A stretch of 64,000 nucleotides of DNA, from assembly GCA_002633005.1 (NCBI GenBank), contig NMRA01000056.1, positions 567,165 through 631,164 of the forward strand, given 5' to 3'. Shown here piece by piece: positions 1 through 12,144 of the stretch. The translations under genes and the position numbers were made by a program. The notes beneath the pieces were generated by a model, which did not search any database, had not been told where the DNA came from, and saw nothing but the letters and a program-made list of their open reading frames with translations. The stretch's first letter is position 1; every line of letters starts with the position of its first letter. Source of the stretch: Phoronis australis. Lineage: Eukaryota > Animalia > Phoronida.

Positions 1-99
1 CTAGCTGCCCAACTAACCATGCAGTAGCTGTCCAGAGCTTTCTTATACACACAAGGGCGTTGTCGGCTTGACAAAATATTGGTGCCTGTTGTTCTCTGG

Positions 100-370
100 T
101 TCAACTAGGCACAGGGATTGGCATCATTTCTAAAATCTTTTGGTCAATTTGAGCATACCTGTAGCTCCTTTACGGTGATCAGTGATTTCTCCAGCCATCT
201 TCAGGTGTTGCAGTGTTCAGTGAGGAACAAACACGGGAATGTGGTACACTTGTTGTGGTCAGTGATGAGACACTTTTTGGGACTTCTTAATTTTCCGTGG
301 GGTAAGATGGGATTTAAACCGGGGATTTTTGGATTGTCACTCCAGCTGTCCAACCACTACAACACAGAGT
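100..370 (-). mobile_element. Degenerate tRNA-derived SINE-like element in a PTB intron
   Basis: Minus strand reads ctctgtgttgTAGTGGTTGG...cccGGTTTAAATCCC, resembling pol III A and B boxes. Boundaries approximate. Confidence 0.35.
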
Positions 371-872
371 TAGCATGACTTAGAAACAGTTTTGCTAAGT
401 TACCAGGATTGGCTTATACATTCACAGTCTGCGACTATGGCCCTTAATTTCAAGCCTAGTGTCGGTAACTAAACACTTAGATGCGACTATAATCCTGCAT
501 TCGGTCCAAGAAGCCAACTTTTGCTTCCGACCACTTACTGCACTATACTTGGTCTCCACTGGGTTCTGATGAGAAGTGATTACTGGGGTTTGCAAAAAGC
601 TGATTCAGAAAGTTTTTTATTTGTTGAGACTATGCTAGACGTATACAGTGGCATGTCAACTTGCAGAGCATGATCTCAAGCAATAACAAACTGTCCGTTC
701 TATTCAAGTCTCAAAATCACTTCAAATATGACTGTAAAGTAACAGTTTGAGACCAGTTTGATCATGATTAGAGGTCCACATCAAAATTTGGTTTTTGCAA
801 CTTTAAGTAGGTTTGCAGCTGGTTTTAATTGGATGTGAGCATTAGTTTGACATTTTACGGTTTTCCTTCCAG

Positions 873-2399
873 ACCTGATGTCAAGGGTGAGGACCTGCAG
901 GAAGCCTTCAGGAAGACAGGTGGCACTGTAGTCGCCTTCAAGTTCTTTGAGTGAGTCTCTCTCTGTATTGATGTATTTTAGGACATTTAATGGATCTTTT
1001 AGGCAACTTGTGACAATTTTTCATTTTTGGAGCATAGTATGGTGGGCAAGTTAATTTTTTGTCTAATTTCTTGACAAACCTATCTTTGTTGGAGAATTTG
1101 TTTTGGTTTTAGCATGTTTTGTATAGTATAGTTGTCACCAAAACAATTGGAATTTTGACCGTTTGTGGCTATGTAAGAAGCAAAAAGGATGTTTCAGCAA
1201 TTAATTTTGCCCCAAATTTTTTTACCCTAGCCATTCAAAGCGTGTCGTTTCACAACACACGTCATGCAGCCGGTGGCTAATGAAAACTGCCTGTTCCATT
1301 AATTCATTTGTAGGTGCTGTCTCAGTACCTATTTATTGGTCCAAACATATGAGCAACACGAAGTCCGACAGTTGTTACGCTAGAGGATATGCAGCTTTAA
1401 AATGAAGCTTGAAAGTTTGGCAGTTCTTCGGTGTGGCATCTTCAACTTGAGGTGCAAAATATCCCTCAGTCCACTAGGAATTCAGGCGAGATCCGTTGTA
1501 ATGAAGCACAAACCTTAATTTTTTTTCTTGTGCTTCCAGAAAAGACCACAAGATGGCGCTGATACAGATGGGCTCTATTGACGATGCTGTCATGGCTCTT
1601 ATTGTAAGTATGAATAATACTTGTTGGTAAACTGCAAATTGAAGATGGTTTTTTGCTGCATTCATCTTTGGCCGTGGTTCAAAATGTGTTTGTGTTTGCA
1701 GAAGATGGCCATAGAGCCCAAATACTTGATGCAAGCTACTGGGTTTTCCATGTTTACTTTTTATAACGCGTTACACACGAAGGTGATCATGAAGCTTATA
1801 TAATGCGTGATGAACACACTATTTGCATAAGTGGGCCTGATCAAAATTGTAACATATCAGTTGCCTTAGATTTTGCTTTGACTCGTTAATTGTGATACTC
1901 CAGGACATATCTAAAGTATTCAGACACAATGACCCAAAATCCCCGTTGTGACGACAGGGCAGACGTTGAATTCATAGTCAGGGTAACCTTCCCTCATGAT
2001 TGTGAATGAAGTGGAATTAAAGGGAAAGTTAGTCTGGTGGCGAAGCCATTCTGTAATTAGAATTCTGCCACCGTTACGATTCGTGCCAGTCATTTTTCCT
2101 AACGGAATTTCCCGTCATGGCGGGAGAAACGCTATTTTGTCTGATTGCTTTTGTCATGCCCTGTACATGCAGTGCTCAAGTTGCCCTGAAATGGCCGCTG
2201 TTTGTCTGTCTTACTAATCAGCGTATTTCTCTTCCCTCCCGTCTCGCCCCATTTGCAGACTATGCACAACTATCAGCTAGGCGACACCAGCCACCTGCGT
2301 GTATCCTTCTCCAAGTCGACCATCCAGCCACAGGCCACTCAACAGCTACAGCAGCAGCAGCAGCAGACGGCGCAGCTCATTCTCAATGCTGTCCAGTAG
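873..2399 (+). CDS. PTBP1: Polypyrimidine tract-binding protein (PTB/hephaestus-type), 3' end, isoform A (RRM4 plus Q-rich tail); 5' part lies upstream of the window
   Basis: Exons 873-950, 1540-1603, 2259-2399, all ag/gt bounded with consistent phases (2,0). Joined: [93 protein letters not shown]. Matches PTB RRM4 (FKFF.KD.KMALIQM...HN..L....[11 protein letters not shown]). Branch point-like TACTAAT at 2212-2218. Confidence 0.93.
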
Positions 2400-4060
2400 G
2401 GGGCAGCACCTGGCTGTTGCAGCTCATGCAATCTCACCTGTTCTCTTCTGTGTTCTGTTAATGTCTACGTGCATTGGCACTGTGGTCAAAGATTTTTACA
2501 TCCATTTTAATATTAATATTAATATGAATGCGAAATTTCATTAATTATACTCGATGGCTGCTATTGATGTTCAAAGCATTTCATCTCATGTTTATCTTGC
2601 ATTTGTATGTATATTCATTGCTTTTAGGAGTTGCGATTCTCGTTGTCCACAGATCTGTTACTCGCACGGTGTATATTTTCAGCCAGGTGGCGTTCTTACG
2701 TATTTAAGAGTGTTTTTGTATATTTCTGAAAGTTTGAATTTTTACGGATTACTTATAGGGTTTGTGTTTTTCTCCATGGTCTGTGTATGTATATATCGTT
2801 GGTTCTATTTAATATGAAATGTGGGTTCCCTGTTTGTTTCTTGTTGGTAATGCGAATCTCAGTTTGTTTTTATCACGGCCTTTGCTGATGGGCCTTTCTA
2901 AACACAAGGTAGCAGAGCGAACTTGCTGCCCATTTGTTTGTAAATTGTGGGCATTCCCAATGCCTTGCTATATGACAATGTTGACTCCAAATCGTCCACA
3001 TTTAAGTCTTTTTATTAAATTTGTTACGCAAATTTTACCATTTTTAAAGGATGTTGTTAGTATACAGAGATAGGGTTTTAAATTTTTTGTGACGTATGTA
3101 ATCTTGATTAGTTGTTGAAAGCACGCATTCACCGTGCTGTGCCTTAATACTGGACCATAATCGGTAGTTCTAGGAAACAGGGTAGTTGACAATCCAGGGC
3201 GAAATCAAACTGTTTAATAGCTAGTGAATTATATACTCTTGAGAGGCAACCACAGACATTTTTGTCTTCTTGTTATCATTATTTTCATTTTAGGACTTGT
3301 TTTAGTCGGCATGGGGGAAGGGATCTTTGCATGATAACCCCTCTTGTAGTTGTTTTGACACCCTTTTGCAGATTTCATGTGCATCTATGACACATGCTTT
3401 AGCATAATACATTTCCAGTCTCTTTTCCAGACAACCATCTTACATTGTGCCGCACTCTCAACTCGACCTAACCTCTGATTATTGTTTGCCCCTGTTGGCG
3501 TCGTGCCGCGCACCATCTCGTGAATCACTGCTGTTGATTTTCTGATAACGTTTTGGAAACTGTGGCTAAATTCACCCAGTGTCTATCTGGTGATGGTGCA
3601 TGAAGAGACATGGACGTGTGAACCTGGTTTTACAGCGCTTAAAATGTTTTAAAAAGATGTCGGTCATGTATGTAGCTCTTTTGGCAACTCGACAAATGTC
3701 ATTAGTTCCTTATTCAAATCCATTTTGTTCGCAAGACAGAAAAGGCGAGTCTCGACCAGTTTCACCCACCTCTGTGTTTCACGCACGTCGTGTGTGTGTT
3801 GAGGGTTACTAATGACGTGGCTTTTGGGACTTTCTCTTTCTCTCTTTAGACCGTTTGGCAACTCTTTTGTTTATTTGCTTGATTCACCATCGTTAATTGT
3901 GAATTCTGCCAACAGGTGTGCTCTGGCAGCCTTGTGTCCGAGTGTGTCACGCTGAGAACAGACCACACACATACACACACACGCACACACACTTTTGTTA
4001 TTGTCAACATCAGCTGTTCTGTTGAATATAATGTGGCATCTATGCAGTATCTTGTAGCAT

Positions 4061-4066
4061 AATAAA
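4061..4066 (+). terminator. Candidate poly(A) signal for PTB isoform A
   Basis: AATAAA ending a ~1.7-kb U-rich UTR-like stretch after the exon A stop and lying upstream of exon B. Confidence 0.5.
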
Positions 4067-4810
4067 ACTTATTTGATATCCCTGATCTCAACAACATAAA
4101 ACATCAAAAATATGCTACTGGTGATGACAAGAGCAACAACTAATCTCTACGTGGCGTTCTCACCTCTACATTAGCTGGTTTCCCCATATTTCTGCCTGTG
4201 TGTGCGTTAACTGTCATTATTTCCAGATCGGGCAGACATGTGGTTTCCATGGCCTTTCAACTGTGGAACCCTGTCGCTGGTCTTGTTTCTGCCTTTCGAC
4301 ACATGCTTTATTTTGATATTAATGTTGAGTGTGATTTTAACCCGGTACTTTTGTTTCAAAGTGGCAAGAGAAAGCATGCTACCAGGAAGCGCTAGCTAAA
4401 ACGGACAGCACTTGAGCTCTGTGCACAATTGAATTCTAGTGATCATTGGAAATGGGCCTTTTATGTTTTTGGCGAGTAAAAGTGCGCCGCAGTAATTGGT
4501 TGGTGAAGCTGACACAACGGCTTATTGGCTGTGCTTACTGGCTGATCAAAGTTGATGTGTACCCTCGCTAGCCAATAGTCTGTGATGATCGTTCCAAGTG
4601 CAATCTTACGTTGACATGTGTGCAGAGCCAAGTCCAATATGAAATTTCTCTTCAACATGTTTTGGCTAGTGTGTTTTCGTTGCCTCTTGGTAGTTATCCA
4701 TGCTTTGTAGCAATCGACGTGTGCTATGTGAATCCTGTTTCTTGTTCTTTTGATTGGGTCATTTCGCTATGACATCGTTTCTATTTTCTCTTTTCCTTGT
4801 CTTTTTGTAG

Positions 4811-4882
4811 GGCACGCACAACCTTGAACTGGGCGAAAACAAAACCCACCTCAAAGTGGCTTTCTCTAAGTTTTACATCTGA
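4811..4882 (+). CDS. PTBP1: PTB alternative (duplicated) last coding exon, isoform B
   Basis: Long pyrimidine tract plus TAG acceptor at 4808-4810; phase-0 frame GTHNLELGENKTHLKVAFSKFYI* is homologous to exon A ([22 protein letters not shown]) and joins in frame to exon 1540-1603. Too short for the ORF track. Confidence 0.85.
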   Translation, partial: GTHNLELGENKTHLKVAFSKFYI

Positions 4883-7055
4883 ACATTGCCACACCACCAC
4901 CACTACTACTACTCCTCTTGTACAAACACACTCCTCCCCGGGCACCACGACGCTATAGTTTCTGTGTTGTCAAGGCGCTTGTTACTAAGGACTCCGTATG
5001 TCCTCCGCTTGTACTAAAACCGACACGCGGCACCCCGACTATGCTCGTACCGGCTGTCTCTTGTGACTTCCATCTTGTGAACTCCTGCCGTAGCACAGTG
5101 ACTGCTGAGTGTTGTATTAACGCTATTCACTTTCGACTTTATCTTGATAGATAGTCCAGTGTTTGGTCATTGGATGTAACATGTGTGCTATTGTATAGTT
5201 TTGGTTAAAGACAATCCCGTACACTGACCTACTGTTGTTCTGTTGACTGGGATAGCTGGATGCGCATAGTCTGTTTTTGTTGTTTATTGAACCTTAGGAG
5301 GTCGTAGTACATGAAAGAACGGTCATGTGATGGTACCCACTCGTACCGACTTCCTGAGGGAACACCAACTCCCTCTACCTTTGGACAGTAAGCTTTTAGC
5401 ATGCTGTGTACAGAAATGTTTTGTGAAGGCAAAAGCAGTTTCTTTTAAGACTTGTGAATTTAAAGTTTCTACTCTAGGGTGGTAGCAGGAAGATGGCATT
5501 GTCATGTGACCGTTGTTTCAGGATACTTGACGGCACTACGAGCTTGTCGCTTGTATGTGTGCTGGAAATTGGGTTTAAACAGGACCAGTTTTAGCCACTG
5601 TTGCTGCGTACATTTTGTATTGGGTGTACTGCTGTACTAGCGTCTTTTATAGCATTTTGTAGCGTCGTTTTGTCTGAACCAACCATAGGTTGTTATTTCA
5701 GTGACTATTGTACACTAATTGTACATTTGGTCGATGTTGTCGTTGAGATTGGATCATGGTTAGCTGTGTAAATAGAATGCATTTCACCAGGAAGTTGTCA
5801 CCAGTACTTTCTCTCGTCACGAGACAAAGTGATGTTGACAACTGACCTCCTAACAAAGCTCCGCCTTCCATCCAAATATGGTCGTGGTGCGTGGATCATA
5901 ACGAGCAATGCGCAATAAGAAGCTGTTGTATTTCTGGGGAAGGCGGGGTTTTGCCAAATTAGTCAGAAAAGGCTCACTTTGTGGATCAAGGACAGCTCTG
6001 AATCCACAATTCCGTTTCAAGGCATTCCATTTCGCCTTATTTGCGTTGTGCAAGGAATCCAACTACTCGCAGTGACTGGTGGGTATCATTCCGCCAGTCA
6101 ACTTCAGCTGAATTGGCTTTGCATGAGAGTGGAGCGATTCCTAACCATATGTAAACATTGTACTTGTCGTATCTCTAACAAAAAAGCAATGTCGAGACAA
6201 TTGTTGCGAGTACATTCACCACTTGCAGCGTTCTGCGTTATGTGAGAAAATATCTCTAGGCCAGAACAGAATTCTGGTGCGTCAACTGAAATTATATGTA
6301 TATACTGATCAAGCAATTATTTTGTTATGTACAATCTAAAGCAGAGATGGAATATGGAATAATATTTTTTCTTATTTTTGCGTATATTTTTAAATGTTCA
6401 ATATTGTCTTTTCTCCACCATGCTCCCGTCACATTGCCAGTTCACAATTGTTGAAATGACATGTAGCTGTTAAAACTGCTTAGGCTAGGTTTATGATGTT
6501 AGCAGTGTTATTGCCTGGTAACGTGTGGCAACATGGTGGAAACGTTACGATCTGGTTACTGCTTATTTCCGTGTGTGTATCAACATGTGCAAGATCTGAG
6601 AATAACTGTCAAGCATTTGGTTTAAGTTGCTGCCTCAAGCCAATATTGGTCAGTTGGTAGCCTGCATATATTTTCATTTTTTGTTTTCTGTTAATGATTT
6701 TGGAAACGTTGATCGTTTCTTCCACGTTTCTTTGGACAATAGGAAGCTAAGAAATTGTTTGTTCTTACAAGCAGGTATCCAGTAATGTATGTCAATTATG
6801 TGGAGAAATTTTCTTAGAATTCACGATTTTAGTGGCCTTTTGTAAGTGCCTACAGTGCAGAGCAATCTGTGTTGGAATTTAATGAAGAGGGTGTTTAAAG
6901 AATTGTTACACATTGTATGAGAGCTGTGTTTTGCAGTCATTGTACTCAAGAGTCCATTCCTTCTCTGTTTTTGAGAAGGCAATATTTACAAAATTGTCGT
7001 TTGTTGAAGACATCCTGTAATAAGCAGATCGGATAAAGTATTTTTTCTTTTTTAT

Positions 7056-7061
7056 AATAAA
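7056..7061 (+). terminator. Candidate poly(A) signal for PTB isoform B
   Basis: AATAAA with U-rich upstream element and GU-rich downstream element (gtgttgtttagtggtgt, ~7082-7098). Confidence 0.6.
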
Positions 7062-8689
7062 ACAACTGAAACATATTATCAGTGTTGTTTAGTGGTGTAC
7101 TGTACTTTACTATTCTGTATATCTCGGATAACTGTGAACTTGGTGTGTGTTAGTTTTCTTTCTTTTCTATTGTTTACTCAGATCATTTCCCTGTTACCTA
7201 TGAATGGGACCATTTGTCTCCAGTCAGTGGACAAAGACCAAACTGTTTAATTTGCTTAAAGCCTCGCCACTACCAAGCATTTGTGTAAACTCAGTTAATA
7301 CCATTTTGTGACGTGTCCCGCATTTGCCCACTGCCCATGCTTGGTTGTTGGCAGACAGGTCATTTCATGGTATTGATTCAGTGTACCACAATGTCTGGCA
7401 TTGTCTCCTTTGCTACACTTGGTATGTTCTGTGTTACTGTAGTATAAGGCACCTCTATATATTAACCCACACAGTTCTTGTGTTCATGTTACTGTATTAT
7501 TCAAATGCTTGTCGGTTTGTAATTCTTCTTATGTTCGGTTCACTAATAGCTAGCTAATTGTACGTGTCTTAGTCTTATTAAATCTATATTCTAGAAATGA
7601 ATACCTCATCTGTGTTTCCTTCGCTTTTCCTCCCTTTGCTGAACACAACATTCTTGCTTCTTTGGTTCACTCGTCCATTCAGTTCTCTGCATTCCACGTT
7701 TTATTTACTACCTAAGTCTTCAACATCTGCACTAATGAAAATTGCTTTTCTACGTTCTGGATTTCCATGTGTAGGCCTGACGAACGTCGACAAAACTCAT
7801 TTCTAATCGAGACTGGATTCTTCTGAGCGAGTAGTGAAACTGCCTGTGTAAACATGGTTGTGTCCAGGGGCATTGAACGAGTCCATCTGTGCAATGCTCC
7901 CAGCTGCTCTGCCTGGGTCTGTTTCGGAAAAAAGACTCGGGAATGAAGTTTGGTCTTGCGTTTCCACTTCACAATTGATAGAAAAAAGTTAAGCCAAGTA
8001 ATTATGCGCGCTTCACAGAATAGATATAATTCTTAGAAATTATCTGTTGCCAAAAGTTTGGTGTACATTCTCGCACTGTCCTTTCCTCAAGTGAGATATC
8101 AATAGTATTTTTCAGGTGCGACCAAATTTCTAACTTTACTTTCAAGTCACTTTTCGTGCAACGGGCTCCCTAAGTTCTTTAGTCCGGTCTTTTCTAAGAT
8201 AGCATTACTTCGATTTGAATTTTGATTACCGTTCTTAAATATGGCTTGCGAAGACTGCCACCTGAATATGGAATACTATCGACACTCCATCACTTGTAGT
8301 TACATTTGAAGCGAGTCATGCTGTTGTTTCAGCTATGACCTGACGTGCAACCTTTGATAATTCGGGCCTCTGGTTTTTAACGTAAATGTTGACCTGCTGC
8401 AAATTCGAAAAAAGTCGAGCCTTGGTAAATGTAGGAAGAAGAGTTGTTATTTGAGCTGTACTGCAGCCCGTGGTCCTCTTGCATGCAAAGTACCAGACTG
8501 CAGAATTCGACACAGCTCCACGAAGAGGGGACCCTGTAGTATTTTCAGCATAATAGGGATAGAATAATGCGATATCCTTGGAATGGATTCACCTTGGTTT
8601 TCGCACCAGAGAGGTCAATGTAACTAAACTGCACGGTTAACAGAGTGCCAAACTCGGTGTTTGACGCAATGACACAAGTCACATACCTG

Positions 8690-9300
8690 CAAACACTGTT
8701 CACTGACCCGTACACGTGATCGGACTCGCGAAACACCATTCATTCACCCAAAAATACACGGTCACGTACTCGCATTCACTTAGAAACACTGTACACTCCG
8801 ATAAAGCATGTCGAATACACGGACTCGTCTGCATCCCGGGTAAAAGGGCGTGAAATAGCGATTTGACTACGCAGAAAGAATGGATCAACCTTCATGTATA
8901 AGCGACACCTTCGCCCACGAAAACTTGGTTTAGTACAAAACTACAATTTGAGCTAACTTCGACAAGAGACAAATATTTCAAGTCATGCTAAAATCCATTT
9001 CAAGTTTTATCAAATTAATAGTAAACGGGTCACACACGTCAACAACAAAAATTGTAGAACAAATAAGCAGTTTAAATAATGTTTGTTGTTTCTAATTCAC
9101 AACATCACATGTACAAACTCATGATCAAAATTATTATATTTGATCTCGCACCCATTACGCACCTGTCGAAGCAAACTTCTACATTTTATCCGTAAACCGT
9201 GTTTGGCGGTCCGTGTTTCTACGTTAGAGGGCGTCCATGGTCGTGTATTTCGGGTGAATGGATCGTGTTTTGCGAGTCAGTGAACGGTGTATGCATGTCG
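8690..9300. mobile_element. Non-autonomous DNA-transposon-like element with imperfect inverted repeats
   Basis: ttcactgac...gactcgcgaaacac..attcacccaaaaatacacg (~8699-8760) is inverted at cgtgtatttcgggtgaat...gcgagtcagtgaac (~9242-9285); related motifs recur at ~35240-35440. Confidence 0.45.
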
Positions 9301-9899
9301 TTTTTGGGTCTGACAACGTGTTCGGCAATCTGTGTACTTGAGATACCTTGAAGGTAACAAAAACAGGTACTGCTTGTCATTTACATATCAGTGGTATTCC
9401 GTAACACACCCGTCCACTCTGGGATTCTTATGTCCCGGATTACTGTATCCTGGCAGAAAAAAAAAACGGACTAAACCAAAATAAAAATCGAAAGCTTCGT
9501 CAATCCTGGTGAACTTGTCGTGCAGTTGGGGCCATGACCATAATGTAAACTCGGCCAATAAACAAAACCTGCAAATTCACTTTGAAAATTTAATAAATAA
9601 GTTAACAGTACATTAAATACACGACAACACACGTGGTCGTATCCAGTGGCGGATTTAGAGGGGGGCCATGCCCCACCCCCTAAAATTAACCCAGATTACA
9701 TTTGGTAGTTCGGGGTCCAAATGTCTGACGNAATGCTTAGCACACTGGTTACTGGGTAAATCTAACAAAAAACTTTCACAACAGGAAGAGGCCACATGGC
9801 TTTAATAACAGTTATACTCGGCCAAATTCTACAGTTAAAAACACTTGACAATTGTGACAAATCACAGTTACCTTCAGCCCCATATAATGCCATTATTTA

Positions 9900-10450
9900 A
9901 AACTATAGTCACAGTGGTTTCAGGGTGGACTCCTCGGTTTCTTTCTAATACATGTTCTGGATTCCTAATTCCACAATACTGAACCATAGACTAGAGTTGA
10001 CAGATTGCTTCATCACCAAGTTTCAACACTGCTCTAAATTCATACATTCCAGTTAGGACTTCACAATTTTAGGATGACCTAACCAGCACTATGTGGGACT
10101 TCAATGTCTAGGACATAAAAGAACAACATACAGACTGATATTTATAATATACCGTACAATGTCTACTCCTTTTGTGACCCATCCAAGCCAAAGAACAAAT
10201 GGTCCAGACCAGAACGGGATTTTCCAATTTGTGCACAACTTTATTCTCTTAAAATTGAACTGGGTATAACCAAACTGGGACCACTAACATTACTCCAGTT
10301 GATCTTTGTTGCGTTTTTACAAAACCACATGTTGAGAGGAGAATTGAGTAATATATGGCTACTTGACTCCCAATAAACACAGAACAGAGTTAAGTCATCT
10401 TTGATCATAAACCTGATGCTATTTTCCTGACATACATCAAACCTTTTTAC
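9900..10450 (-). mobile_element. Possible highly decayed LINE (CR1/L2-like) reverse-transcriptase fragment
   Basis: Frameshifted minus-strand pieces loosely resembling YLGV..D..L.F..HV and KLE....VW motifs; weak. Confidence 0.25.
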
Positions 10451-11989
10451 CAGCACCAACTTACCTACACAACTTTATGTAGAGTTGATGCTATTTTGAG
10501 AATGGCGTGGTGTCGCTGAACAGAAGCATTAGAATACAGTCACAGTGCAAGTATTATTGCTACATCATTAGGTCCCTTCGTCTAACTTCATTTGTTAAAA
10601 ACAACGCCGTGTGATAGGCCAGCCACTTGCGTGCAGACATCAGAGGAAAATCGGACATTCTCTATTTTAAAACCCACAAATCGTAATGACTTTCCAGCTC
10701 AATAAGTCTGGTCCCCCGTCTGTACACTCCAATTTGTCGTATGCAATACTCTGTTACCAAGTCACTTAAGACTAACTGAGAGCGCAGTCAGGGCTTTAGA
10801 TTAATCCAATAGCAAAAACCAATTGACCACATCCAAAAACCCACTCCAGCCTCAATTAGATAACACTCGTAGGTCCTTGTACATCTCATGGTAATTCCCC
10901 ACATATTTCAGGCAGAATTCTTAAAATAGTTCTTTTCCCATTTTTCAAATGCAGATTGCCTTTACTGCAAACTTAACAAAACACTGTTTTATGACACTCA
11001 TTACAAACCCTGCAAGAAATGGACTAACATATTAATGACCATATCCTTTGTGGAGAAATTTGACAGAATAGAATTTCCCTTGCTAGCCATATTGTCTGCT
11101 AAATAAGTTCAGAGTTATCATACTAATAAGTGAAATCGTAAAATGACAAAACATGAAGTTATCTCCCTCTAGAATTGAACTTTCCATCATAAAATGACCA
11201 ACCATGAAGTTATCTCCCTCTACAGCTGAACTTTCCAAATTCATTATTTTGATCAATATTAACTGAAGCCCAAGCAATGATTTCCAATGATAACAAACTA
11301 ATATATGTTAATTAATAGAACTGTTGCACAACAAACACATAACAAGACCCATTAATTCTGGAAGCACCAAGAAGTCTGGATAATTGCTGTTTCCATAACA
11401 ACTGAGATATACCAAGTAAAATAAAACTTATCATGCAGACTATGATGCTGGTAAACAGATATCCAAACAATCCAGATAATCAAAGAATTTACTGTCAGAG
11501 CCAAAGAGCTCATATGTATAAAATCCAGTACTAGAGATCTATAAAATTACAAATAACTTAACTACAAAGAACAATCTGTGACAATGGACAGATTATCACA
11601 CAGGATCTGAATAATACTGCAGGCTACCAGAAACCCATATGATCAAAACACAGGCACTCAAACATTTATAAATCACACAAGAAGCCCAAAAGTCTACCTG
11701 ATTTGGACGCCCTTAAAATTTTATCCGTTTCCCTTGCCAGACCCTCACTGCTCTGACAAAGGTCTGCTGGTAAAATATATTACTTTCCAATTTTAACACT
11801 CCTTTTTTCAACAAACATGGCATATTTATAACTGAGAAATGTCCTTCAAATATTTCTGAGTCACGCATATATTTCACAGTCACTCACATGAGGGGAAACG
11901 AGTTTAATTTTAATTTACCTCCAATCTAGATGGGAGAAAACCATTTGTAAGAGTAACCAGTGCATCCAACTAGGTACAACTGACAATCT

Positions 11990-12135
11990 CCTTGGCCCAT
12001 CCCACTCCTGTCTTGGCCCATCCCACTCCTGTCTTGTCCCACCCCACTCCTGTCCTGGCCCAACCCACTCCTGTCCTGGCCCAACCCACTCCTGTCCTAG
12101 CCCAACCCACTCTCGTCCTGGCCTATCCCACAACC
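11990..12135. repeat. 21-bp minisatellite (~6-7 copies) at the start of the HCCS 3' UTR
   Basis: Unit tggcccaacccactcctgtcc (GGACAGGAGTGGGTTGGGCCA on the mRNA strand). Confidence 0.9.
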
Positions 12136-12144
12136 TGTCCTTCA

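Noticed and set aside
1954-2170. Intronic H/ACA snoRNA (ACA at 2165-2167)
   Set aside because: No clear two-hairpin plus H-box layout; kept only as a structured element.
2117-2544. Overlapping poly-Ala and poly-Ser ORFs
   Set aside because: Alternative frames of the CAG run in PTB exon A.
7776-7800. Second hammerhead-like motif (CTGACGA..AAAAC)
   Set aside because: No convincing stems I-III and no Penelope context.
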